From the NCBI GenBank assembly GCA_018650165.1, contig JABIGM010000022.1, positions 1 through 39,523 of the forward strand: a stretch of 39,523 bases of DNA. Reading direction: 5' to 3'. Both the position numbers and the translations under genes were made by a program. Below the pieces are notes generated by a model that saw only the letters and a program-made list of their open reading frames with translations, was not told where the DNA came from and ran no database searches. This DNA comes from Methanobacteriota archaeon (GTDB lineage Archaea; Thermoplasmatota; Poseidoniia; Poseidoniales; Poseidoniaceae). This document shows, piece after piece, positions 1 to 8,753 of this stretch (positions are counted from its first letter, which is position 1; each line of letters begins with the position of its first letter).

Positions 1-1359
1 GAAAACAGCCAAGTTCTTCCACAAGGAGAACTAGCACTAATGGGCGGAGTCTTACAATTAGTTGAGATCCCAACTGCATATCCAATAGACCTCTCAGTAT
101 CGAGTTGGGATAATGGCTACATCACTGCAACATGGTCTTATGCTGGAACAATAGTTCCTGGATTTGACTGGCTATCGCTAACGATTTGTGATTCAGATGG
201 TGCCTGTTATACCACACTGGAAAACACCACTCTGACCGCTCACACTCTAAGTGGACAAACTGATACAACACATGGTGTAACATACACATACACACTAGCG
301 GTTTGTAACGTCAGTGGATGCCATCCTATTAGTGCAAGCGGCACAGCAATGGCAAACCATCAATCAAGTGGGGATACTGATGAGGACCAAGATGGAGTAC
401 TAGATGGTAATGATATTTGCCCAAATACTTCAACTGGAATTATTGTCGATGAAAACAGGTGCCCAATGGATTATGATAATGATGGAGTTTCATACTTAAT
501 AGATCAATGCCCAGGTACACTAAACGGTGTCAGTGTGGATGTGTGGGGATGCCCCTTAGATTCAGATTCTGATGGAATTGGGGATTATAATGATGATTGC
601 CCCAATACAGCACAAGGATTAGTTGTTGATGGCAACGGATGCCCTATAGATCCAGACCAAGATGGTTTCACCAATAGTATTGATGATTGTCCAAATGTCT
701 GGGGTAATTCTACTAAAGGTCAACACGCTACGAAATTGATTGGGTGTATTGATACAGACGGTGATGGTTGGGCTGATACAATTGATGCTTTTCCAGCAGA
801 TGATTCTGAGTGGTTAGATTCTGATGGTGATGGGTGCGGTGATAACTTAGATGCCTTCCCACAGGACCCTAATGAGTGTATGGATACTGATGAAGACGGA
901 TATGGAGATAATATCGATGTATTCCCTGATGACCCGAAAGAATTTGCCGATAAGGACAATGATGGAGTCGGTGATGAAGGTGACAAGTGTGATACATCGG
1001 GATCCAATGAGAAAATCGATTCAGATGGTTGTATAATTGAGGATGAAACTTCTTCACTTGTAGTAGGTCTTGTTTCGGGAGTAGGTGGCCTGTTACTGGT
1101 GGTAATTGCACTTATGGTTGTCATTCTCAGAAAAGGTGGGAGAAAGGGTAATGATGACTCCATTTCTGTATACCATGATGACTCGATGTTTTCTAAAGAT
1201 TTTACTTCGAACTTACCGCCACCAGTTGCCCAATCAATGCCGTCAGTAAATGATAGTGGCGTGATTTCAGATGGACATGAGTGGCTAGAATATCCAGCCA
1301 ATAGCGGAGATTGGTATTGGAGAGGAACCCCTGGTACTCAATGGACTAAGCACCAATAG
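1..1359 (+). CDS. 5'-truncated membrane-anchored protein: FN3-like segment, thrombospondin type 3 (Ca-binding) repeats, C-terminal TM helix and Trp-rich tail
   Basis: Frame is open from base 1 (ENSQVLPQGELALM...), so the gene starts before the window. About 8 DxDxDGxxDxxDxCP/AFP repeats, hydrophobic LVVGLVSGVGGLLLVVIALMVVIL followed by RKGGRK, and tail GHEWLEYPANSGDWYW. Confidence 0.8.
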   Translation, partial: ENSQVLPQGELALMGGVLQLVEIPTAYPIDLSVSSWDNGYITATWSYAGTIVPGFDWLSLTICDSDGACYTTLENTTLTAHTLSGQTDTTHGVTYTYTLAVCNVSGCHPISASGTAMANHQSSGDTDEDQDGVLDGNDICPNTSTGIIVDENRCPMDYDNDGVSYLIDQCPGTLNGVSVDVWGCPLDSDSDGIGDYNDDCPNTAQGLVVDGNGCPIDPDQDGFTNSIDDCPNVWGNSTKGQHATKLIGCIDTDGDGWADTIDAFPADDSEWLDSDGDGCGDNLDAFPQDPNECMDTDEDGYGDNIDVFPDDPKEFADKDNDGVGDEGDKCDTSGSNEKIDSDGCIIEDETSSLVVGLVSGVGGLLLVVIALMVVILRKGGRKGNDDSISVYHDDSMFSKDFTSNLPPPVAQSMPSVNDSGVISDGHEWLEYPANSGDWYWRGTPGTQWTKHQ

Positions 1360-1368
1360 TGAGCACAC

Positions 1369-2079
1369 TTAATCTATCCAAGGGATTTCCGTAGGGATTT
1401 CTGCGAAGATATTTGCTGGTAATGCAGTCTTAATTTTGGACACATCTCCCAGTTTGTTTGAAATCTCATCTTGCCAGTTAGCGTATTCCTCATATGTTTC
1501 CATCTTCAAAACTGGATTGTTTACACGATTCCACTCAAGCGTCTGCATTTCGGTTTCAGGAGGGGCATGGCCAGTGCATACCAATACATCCCCACTAAAT
1601 CTCTCAAGAACATCTAGAGCTTGCCAATGCATGTGAGTGCGGCCACTTGGTAAATCATCCCGACCAACACCGCCATCTCCAGTGAATAGGAAATCTCCTG
1701 TGAAAATGTATCCATTACATTCAATGATCATCGAATCTCCAGTATGTCCCGGAGCATGGTGGAAATGGAATTCAATTTCACCCATAGAAATTGAAGTTTC
1801 TTCATCAACATAAATTGTCACACCCAAAGAGGGGGTGTTGTTCCACATTACATACTCGCAACCTGTCATTTCCGCTAGTGTGAAACAACCAGTAATATGG
1901 TCTGCATGTGTGTGTGTTGCCATGGTATATTCTAGATCTAAACCTGCTGTTTCAAGTAACGAAATATAATCACTAAGGTTGTCCCACACCGGGTCAACAA
2001 GAGTCGCTTTCTTGGTTTCATCACACACAACAAGGTAGGTCATAGCCCACATATCCTCATTCAGTTGTTCGACTCGCAC
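1369..2079 (-). CDS. MBL-fold metallo-hydrolase (glyoxalase II / persulfide dioxygenase-like)
   Basis: THTHADHITG, HAPGHT, FTGDFLF..GRDD and GH motifs. Exact substrate not assignable. Confidence 0.85.
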   Translation of the reverse strand: MRVEQLNEDMWAMTYLVVCDETKKATLVDPVWDNLSDYISLLETAGLDLEYTMATHTHADHITGCFTLAEMTGCEYVMWNNTPSLGVTIYVDEETSISMGEIEFHFHHAPGHTGDSMIIECNGYIFTGDFLFTGDGGVGRDDLPSGRTHMHWQALDVLERFSGDVLVCTGHAPPETEMQTLEWNRVNNPVLKMETYEEYANWQDEISNKLGDVSKIKTALPANIFAEIPTEIPWID

Positions 2080-2173
2080 GTCTGTGGGTAGATGTTACTA
2101 TACTTCAATTAGTCACCAAATCTGAATAAATGGGTTCAAGAACCCCTGCCACATAAACAGCCTTAGTGGTCCG

Positions 2174-3400
2174 ATGGAATTCGTATATTTTTCTCTCGTA
2201 ACGGTTCTTGCTGTAGTTATTGTTTGGTTTATTATGCAACAACGTACCAAGAAATTGGTTCTAGAATCTCAAATGGAAGCAAACATCATTTTAGCTGGAA
2301 TTGAGGCAAAAGAGAATTCAATAAATGAATCGCTCAAAGGCTATGAAACTACAATGAAAGATACTTTTACTGTTCTGGCACAAACTGCATTCCAAGAAGC
2401 CGTTGCCAAAGCGGACAATGAAAAAACTACTACCTTCAATAAGGCCACAGAATCACTATCCAATGCCCTCAAAGAATATACCGATAATATGAATAAAAAT
2501 GAGGCTAAATCTCTTGAAAGAGGTACACGTCTTGAGGAGAGAATAAATTCTGTATCTGAATTAGGCCTCAAATTATCTGATGAAACAAATAATTTGACAA
2601 GAGCTCTCAAAGCGGATTCACAAGCCCAAGGTGCATGGGGAGAATTGGTTCTTGAAAACCTTCTGCAGTCAATGGGATTTGTAGAAGGAAAGGACTACAC
2701 AAAACAACTTTCAGAAACTGCAAGTGATGGCAAGAGAAAGCGTACTGATTTTGTCATTTATCTACCAGACAACCGCCAAGTGATAATTGACTCAAAGGTA
2801 TCTCTCAAGGCTTGGGAGCAGTATGTAAACGCCCAAACTGAGGACGAGGCTGAACTTGCAATGAAGGAACATTGCAAATCGATAGCAGGACATGCTAAGG
2901 GGCTTGCTTCAAAACGCTACCAAGACATGGAGAAAATTAATTCCGTTGAGTTTGTACTCATGTTCGTGCCGCTTGAAAGTGCCTTTGGAGCTGCTATGAG
3001 ACAAAGCCCTGAATTATACATGGACCTAGCAGGTAATGTAAATGTCAAGGTCGTCACTGGTGCGACTATTATGACCGCCTTGCTATTGATAAAAGACATG
3101 TGGAAGCGTGAACACCAAAGTCAAAATCAAGTAAAATTAATTGAACAGGCGGGTGGGCTACATGACCAGATCATACTATTTCTCGAATCGTTCGAAGGTC
3201 TTGGTACGAGATTGAAACAGGCTACTGATTCATTTGAAGAGGCCCATGGCCGTCTCGTGAAAAATCGTGGAAATGTAATCAAGCGAACTGATGGACTCAA
3301 ACAACTTGGAGCAAAGGTCAAGAAAACAATGGACAAAAATCTTCTCGAAGAAGGAAATTATAATCACGAAAATGCGACTACTTCAAACGAAGAAGAATAG
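2174..3400 (+). CDS. rmuC: DNA recombination protein RmuC family
   Basis: N-terminal TM helix, coiled coil, GAWGELVLENLL, RTDFVIYLPDNRQVIIDSKVSL nuclease-like motif, FVLMFVPLES. Confidence 0.9.
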   Translation: MEFVYFSLVTVLAVVIVWFIMQQRTKKLVLESQMEANIILAGIEAKENSINESLKGYETTMKDTFTVLAQTAFQEAVAKADNEKTTTFNKATESLSNALKEYTDNMNKNEAKSLERGTRLEERINSVSELGLKLSDETNNLTRALKADSQAQGAWGELVLENLLQSMGFVEGKDYTKQLSETASDGKRKRTDFVIYLPDNRQVIIDSKVSLKAWEQYVNAQTEDEAELAMKEHCKSIAGHAKGLASKRYQDMEKINSVEFVLMFVPLESAFGAAMRQSPELYMDLAGNVNVKVVTGATIMTALLLIKDMWKREHQSQNQVKLIEQAGGLHDQIILFLESFEGLGTRLKQATDSFEEAHGRLVKNRGNVIKRTDGLKQLGAKVKKTMDKNLLEEGNYNHENATTSNEEE

Positions 3401-3410
3401 TCGGAGGGAT

Positions 3411-4115
3411 ATGGACCACCCTGTTTCAGTCTTGTACCTCGAGCATGACGGGAAGGTTTTGCTCGTCGATTCCGATGGTAATGGGCCCCAATTACCCGTG
3501 ATGAATAATGTAGGGAATACAAAATTCAGATTCCCCTCACCCGAAGAGGCTAGTCGATTGGGATTTGCATGGGAGGAAAAAAATAATTTCCAAATACTCG
3601 GCTATAAAGTAACCAAGGCGCATCCAATGATTGAATGGCCCGAAGACTGGGCATGGAAAGATGAATGCATTAGTGATGATTCAGTCCACCCTATCGCAAG
3701 GGAAGCAATCTATCGCTCGATACATCGACTGGTCTCCAAGGTAATGGTTCTCAATAACGATGGAAAAGTATTGATGGGTAAAATTGAGCGTGGGCACTTT
3801 GTAGGACACTGGACGTTACCAGGGGGCTACATGGACCATGATGAAGACCCTGCAACTGGTTGCGTGAGGGAAACTTTGGAAGAAATGGGGATTGAAATTG
3901 TGTTAGACGATGATGCCCCTATTGTCACTCAGAGAATTTTTACAAATGAAGGAATTTCATTTGTATCATTTACCTACAAAGCCGAATGGAACGGCGACAA
4001 TTCGCAAATAAAATTGAAAGAGAATGAAATATCAGATTTCGCTTGGTTTTCTCAAACTGAGGCTTTATCGAGAGCCGTCTCAGGCTTCGACATTACTGCG
4101 CTCAAACACCTATGA
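3411..4115 (+). CDS. NUDIX hydrolase with N-terminal extension
   Basis: Complete Nudix box GGYMDHDEDPATGCVRETLEEMGI. Start moved from track position 3291 to ATG 3411, which has GGAGG at 3403-3407 just after the rmuC stop. Confidence 0.85.
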   Translation: MDHPVSVLYLEHDGKVLLVDSDGNGPQLPVMNNVGNTKFRFPSPEEASRLGFAWEEKNNFQILGYKVTKAHPMIEWPEDWAWKDECISDDSVHPIAREAIYRSIHRLVSKVMVLNNDGKVLMGKIERGHFVGHWTLPGGYMDHDEDPATGCVRETLEEMGIEIVLDDDAPIVTQRIFTNEGISFVSFTYKAEWNGDNSQIKLKENEISDFAWFSQTEALSRAVSGFDITALKHL

Positions 4116-6957
4116 GTTGCCTTGCAGCATCTAGTGCAGCAGGGAGGCCATCAGGATTAGATCCTCCTCCTTGTGCAAAAGTAGGGCGTCCACCGCCACC
4201 ACCATTGATGTGTGAAGCAATTCCTCGTAGGAGTTCGGCCGCATTGTATGTTTCACTAGCAACCGAGTCTTCAGTTGTTGCAATCATCAATTTCCCACCA
4301 CCTTCTCTGCTACCTAGCACTGCAACTGTTGGTTTACTTGCGTCTAGTGTCAATTCTTTGAGCATCTTTGTCATTTGTTTGAGGTCCCCATCAACCTCCA
4401 TAACAACTACTCTGATACCGTCCAATTCAGAGATATTATCGCCCCCACCACTGGTGCGTAGTCGAACTATCTCAGCTTCAAGGGCTTCAATTCTCTTGCG
4501 TTGTTCTTTCCATTCTGAGAAGAAGCGATTTGCCGCAGTTGGTAATTCATCAGCAGGAACTTGGAATACATCTGCAGCATTGCGCAAGATATCTTCCTGT
4601 GCTCTGGCATGCACCATTGCTGCTTGTCCTGCGACAATGTGTAGTCTTTCGACACCATCTTGAACTGCATTAGACCTGATAATACGGATTTGTCCGATTC
4701 GTCCAGGATCATCATGGTGTGTTCCGCCACAAGCCTGTATGTCATGGTCGGAAATTCGTAAGATTCGGATATCACTGCCTTTTGGTGCACCGCCTTGGTA
4801 AAGGTCAAACCCGTATTTTCGATCCGCATCCTTACGGTCAAGTGTTATCTTCTCAGTGCGAGGAACATTTTGAATAACTTCATTTGCCAAAGCTTCAATT
4901 TCATCAAGATCTTTACGGGAAAGTCTCCGATGGTGGGTGATATCTAGTCTTGCGGATTCAACCGATTTATTGGCTCCAGCCTGGTAAATATGGGGCCCAA
5001 GTAAACGTCGTGCTGCACCACCAACAATGTGTACTGCAGTATGGTGGTCCATCATTTGACGGCGCCTGTCCCAATCTAACTCCCCATGAATCATGTCTCC
5101 AATCTCAAACGGACCTGTGCAAAGGTGTATGACTAAATCTCCAACCTTTCTCGTGTCTAGCACCGAATGAGATGCTGAATCACAGGTCAAACTACCATAA
5201 TCTCCTTCTTGTCCACCACCTTCTGGGTAGAAACATGTTCTGTCTAGTATGATTCCATGAGTCGCAGACTCGGGGATATCTTCACCCACTAAATCGAGGC
5301 AGGCCAATACACTAGCTTCGAAGTTTTGTTGTGAAACATCTTCATAGTATAGCGGGACCGTTTGTGGTAAATCAGGAATGTTTTCGACCAACGGTTTTGC
5401 AGCCACTTCCTTAGCAGCGGCCTTAGCCATAGCAGCATGCCTCTCAGCCATTTCAGCATTGAATCCTGTTCGCAATGAGAGATTTTTCCATCCAAGATTC
5501 GATGCAATATTCATCACCAAATCTGGTGCGATTCCGTGGCTATCATTAATTGTGAATAGTATACCATCTGGTAATTCAGATGCGTTTTGTGGAATGTCCT
5601 TGATAGCGGTTTTAACAACCTGATTTCCCTTACGAAGCATTTCATTGTAGCGCTCTTCTTCACCTTTTAGAATGGTGAGTAAACCATCCTGTGTTTGCTT
5701 CATTCGAGTTGCTGAGTAATTCTTTTCAAGGTGGTGGCATGCCAAATCTGCCAAACTAATTTCTAGCTCCAACTCATCACGCATTCTCAATACTCTTCGT
5801 GCAATCATTCGCGCTAAATAACCTGCTTTGGCGTTTGATGGAACCAATCCGTCACCGAGCATATTTACAAGCGCATGCATGTGATCGGGTATTGCATAAA
5901 TTCTAGACAAAGGGTCTGTGATTGAAGCAAACATTTCTGCGTCGATAGAATATCCTCTTTCCTCTAGCCTTGCGAGGAACACTTCACGCATTCGGTCGCC
6001 ATCGCTTCCGGCTTCAATATTCATGATACCGAATAAGCGGCTCATTTCACCTAGAAGGGCGTCCAGTTCCCCCTGATTCATGTTAAATCTTGTAGCAGAG
6101 AATCCTGCTTGCTCTTTCAGCCAAGCAACACTTTCAGGATAAATTGCTTCATAGATAGTAGGAGTTCCCGCTGCGGCCCAACAAAATCTTTCTAGGCCAT
6201 ATCCCGTATCGATAATTTGTAGAGGCATTTCGGAATAGTTAACGCCTTTTATCTCGACGTCGCCATCTTCATCTTCATGCAGATCCATGAAAACAAGAGT
6301 GGCCAGTTCTAACCCACCGACGATAACCTCAACAGCAGCACCTGCATTTCCTCCTCCTGACCACGGGTTTTCAACATAAGTGACCTCGGTTGGGTTAATT
6401 CCAAATGTACCACATAGTAAATCATGACAATACTGTACGCATTCCTCCATCCAATAGAACATACGTCCTTCATTTGGACGGTTAAACACATGGTGAGCCA
6501 TCATTTCAAATGTGGTCAAGTGGCGTCCTGAACGTCCAACTGCATCCACATCATTCAATCTAATACATGGCTGAGATATTGCCAATGGATTTGCAGGTGG
6601 CTCTACTGCACCAGAGGTCACATGTGGTTGGAAATCTGCAATACTGGCAATAGTGAGGTGAATGTCATCACGCCAGCGTGCAAGAACAGGATACGGTTCT
6701 ATGCGTGTATGCTCACGTTCTTCAAGAAATGAAATGAATGCCTCACGCATTGCATCCTTTAACTCGCGACCACTTTGTGTAAAACCACTGATGATTGGCG
6801 CCCCAATGAATGTGTACTCATCTTCCTCTGTATCACCACAGGTATCTCGGTGGGGGTCACAAGTCCAGAACCACAGGTTGGTAACCCGGCATTGACGGCG
6901 AGTATACCCATTGTCATGGAATACTTGGAGGTCAATTGGAGGAAGACCCAGAATCAT
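4102..6957 (-). CDS. alaS: Alanine--tRNA ligase, archaeal type, with editing and C-Ala domains
   Basis: ASIADFQP, QPCIRLNDVDAVGRSGRHLTTFEMM, IDTGYGLER, editing HHTAVH...CGGTH, C-terminal GGGGR. Start set at ATG 6957 (CAGGTG-ATG RBS); the track's extra 73 codons overlap rtcB. Confidence 0.97.
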   Translation of the reverse strand: MILGLPPIDLQVFHDNGYTRRQCRVTNLWFWTCDPHRDTCGDTEEDEYTFIGAPIISGFTQSGRELKDAMREAFISFLEEREHTRIEPYPVLARWRDDIHLTIASIADFQPHVTSGAVEPPANPLAISQPCIRLNDVDAVGRSGRHLTTFEMMAHHVFNRPNEGRMFYWMEECVQYCHDLLCGTFGINPTEVTYVENPWSGGGNAGAAVEVIVGGLELATLVFMDLHEDEDGDVEIKGVNYSEMPLQIIDTGYGLERFCWAAAGTPTIYEAIYPESVAWLKEQAGFSATRFNMNQGELDALLGEMSRLFGIMNIEAGSDGDRMREVFLARLEERGYSIDAEMFASITDPLSRIYAIPDHMHALVNMLGDGLVPSNAKAGYLARMIARRVLRMRDELELEISLADLACHHLEKNYSATRMKQTQDGLLTILKGEEERYNEMLRKGNQVVKTAIKDIPQNASELPDGILFTINDSHGIAPDLVMNIASNLGWKNLSLRTGFNAEMAERHAAMAKAAAKEVAAKPLVENIPDLPQTVPLYYEDVSQQNFEASVLACLDLVGEDIPESATHGIILDRTCFYPEGGGQEGDYGSLTCDSASHSVLDTRKVGDLVIHLCTGPFEIGDMIHGELDWDRRRQMMDHHTAVHIVGGAARRLLGPHIYQAGANKSVESARLDITHHRRLSRKDLDEIEALANEVIQNVPRTEKITLDRKDADRKYGFDLYQGGAPKGSDIRILRISDHDIQACGGTHHDDPGRIGQIRIIRSNAVQDGVERLHIVAGQAAMVHARAQEDILRNAADVFQVPADELPTAANRFFSEWKEQRKRIEALEAEIVRLRTSGGGDNISELDGIRVVVMEVDGDLKQMTKMLKELTLDASKPTVAVLGSREGGGKLMIATTEDSVASETYNAAELLRGIASHINGGGGGRPTFAQGGGSNPDGLPAALDAARQLIGV

Positions 6958-6958
6958 C

Positions 6959-6977
6959 ACCTGCCCTATGGGCAGGT
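6959..6977 (-). promoter_or_regulatory. Perfect 8-bp hairpin ACCTGCCC-ATA-GGGCAGGT overlapping the alaS RBS
   Basis: Inverted repeat read directly from the sequence; ends 1 nt before the ATG. Function is inferred. Confidence 0.6.
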
Positions 6978-7054
6978 CGTGGGGGTAGCAATCTAACTTC
7001 AAACCATCCCCGATTGAAGCATAGAAATGAAGAGATAGAACGCTTCGCAGGCAC

Positions 7055-8470
7055 GTGGCCGATGGTGAATGGCAGAAATACCTCGAAGTCGAGGGTGATG
7101 GTCTCCTACGTATTAGGCGCCACGCATCAATGAAAGTTGATGCAATGATTGTAGCAGATTCGGCACACTTGGCCAATAGTAGTGACGACCGTTCGATATC
7201 TCAACTTCTCAACATCGCATCAATGCCAGGTGTAGTTGGTGAGGCGTGGGCTATGGCTGATTGGCACTTCGGCTATGGGTTTCCGATAGGAGGTGTTCTT
7301 GCAACGGACCTCGAATGGGGCGATGCGGGTGGCTCGATATCACCCGGTGGGGTCGGGTTCGACATCAACTGTGGTGTTCGACTGGTTGCACTGGACTGCA
7401 GTGTTGATGATATTCCAAATATCGATAAGTTAGCTGGGCGTTTGAATGGTAGGATTCCATCTGGAGGTTCAGGAAAAGGTGGTCTAAAGATTACCAGACA
7501 GGAACTTGATGAGATTATTTCACGTGGCAGTAATGCGATGGTAGATCTTGGCTTTGCACATGAGGAGGATTTACAAAACATCGAATCCAACGGAGTCCTT
7601 GAAACGGACGAAGGTGTATCTGAGCGTGCTATGGAAAGGGGCCTTAAAGCCCTAGGCACACTCGGTTCCGGAAACCATTTTTTGGAATTGCAGACTGTTC
7701 AGACAATCGAGGAAGGAAATCCACACGGTCTTTTCGAGGGCCAGGTACTATGCATGATACATTCTGGGAGTAGAGGTTTAGGCCATCAGGTATGTACTGA
7801 CCATGTACGACTATTGGAGGATAAATATCGTAACCGAAATGGAGTATGGCAGAATGATGAGTGGGGATTTGAAATTCAAGACCGCCAACTAGCGGCTGCT
7901 CCGATTCATAGCCGTGAGGGGCAATCCTATCTGGATGCAATGAACGGTGCTGCCAATTTTGCATTTGCCAATCGGAGTGCATTGACGCACAGACTTAGAC
8001 AAACTCTGGCTGCTGAATTTGAAGTAGAAACAAGACTCTTGTATGATGTTAGCCATAATATTGCAAAAATTGAGACCCATGACATCGATGGTCGAAGTTG
8101 TAAGTGCTGTGTTCACCGTAAGGGAGCCACTAGGGCAATGCCTGGCCAACCCGTTCTAGTTCCCGGGGATATGGGTACAGGCTCATGGCTGCTTGAGGGA
8201 GCTGCAGGAAATCGAGCCTTCGCATCATCGTGCCACGGTGCAGGACGGCTACTATCTCGTTCCGCTGCGAAAAAGAAAATTGATGGAAAGGCAGTCCAAA
8301 GGGAATTGCAATCAAGGGGTATTCGTGTTCATGCAAACACGCCAAATATAATGTCAGAAGAGGCCCCTGATGCATACAAGGATGTCGATGAAGTTATTCG
8401 ATTATCTAATTCGGCGGGTCTGACAAAACCGATTGCCAGGTTGTCACCGCTTGCTGTAATCAAAGGATGA
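7055..8470 (+). CDS. rtcB: RtcB family RNA ligase (tRNA-splicing / RNA repair)
   Basis: DWHFGYGFPIGG, GFDINCGVR, GNHFLE, HSGSRGLGHQ, DVSHN, HRKGATRA, HGAGR, EEAPDAYKDV: all metal ligands and the guanylylated His are present. GTG start. Confidence 0.97.
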   Translation: MADGEWQKYLEVEGDGLLRIRRHASMKVDAMIVADSAHLANSSDDRSISQLLNIASMPGVVGEAWAMADWHFGYGFPIGGVLATDLEWGDAGGSISPGGVGFDINCGVRLVALDCSVDDIPNIDKLAGRLNGRIPSGGSGKGGLKITRQELDEIISRGSNAMVDLGFAHEEDLQNIESNGVLETDEGVSERAMERGLKALGTLGSGNHFLELQTVQTIEEGNPHGLFEGQVLCMIHSGSRGLGHQVCTDHVRLLEDKYRNRNGVWQNDEWGFEIQDRQLAAAPIHSREGQSYLDAMNGAANFAFANRSALTHRLRQTLAAEFEVETRLLYDVSHNIAKIETHDIDGRSCKCCVHRKGATRAMPGQPVLVPGDMGTGSWLLEGAAGNRAFASSCHGAGRLLSRSAAKKKIDGKAVQRELQSRGIRVHANTPNIMSEEAPDAYKDVDEVIRLSNSAGLTKPIARLSPLAVIKG

Positions 8471-8650
8471 TTACATGCAGTAATTCATTTTGGGCTGGCC
8501 ATACGATGGTGCTGCTCCACTTGAGACCCCATCTGGCTCCTCACAAATTACTGAAAGAAGCGTATTCACTAATTCTTTGAGGTCGTTTACTTGCGTTTGT
8601 AATTCTCTAACTCGTGCAGCAGTATCCCTGCTTTCGCTTGTTGTAGTCAT
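8471..8650 (-). CDS. Small hypothetical coiled-coil protein, 59 aa (not in ORF track)
   Basis: Hand translation: MTTTSESRDTAARVRELQTQVNDLKELVNTLLSVICEEPDGVSSGAAPSYGQPKMNYCM*. It fills the gap exactly (stop abuts the rtcB stop) and has a heptad pattern. Confidence 0.65.
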   Translation of the reverse strand: MTTTSESRDTAARVRELQTQVNDLKELVNTLLSVICEEPDGVSSGAAPSYGQPKMNYCM

Positions 8651-8753
8651 GCCAATCCCATCTAGAGAGGGGTGCTCTCTAAATCTAAATCTGTAAAATA
8701 GGCTTTAATGGATTTCGGTCAATTAGAGGTGTTACGCGCGCGTTTGGTGACAG

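Noticed and set aside
1381-1400. Direct repeat agggattt x2 with a CCGTAGG core
   Set aside because: It lies inside the MBL CDS (EIP-TEIP peptide repeat) and forms only a 2-bp stem.
2132-2145. Palindrome GGGTTC-AA-GAACCC in the MBL/rmuC divergent region, similar to GGGTTC-GCT-GAACCC at 15424-15438
   Set aside because: Only two imperfectly matching instances with different spacers; too weak to call an operator.
6958-7176. 73-aa N-terminal extension of AlaRS in the ORF track
   Set aside because: It overlaps rtcB and the divergent promoter; an RBS and homology begin at ATG 6957.
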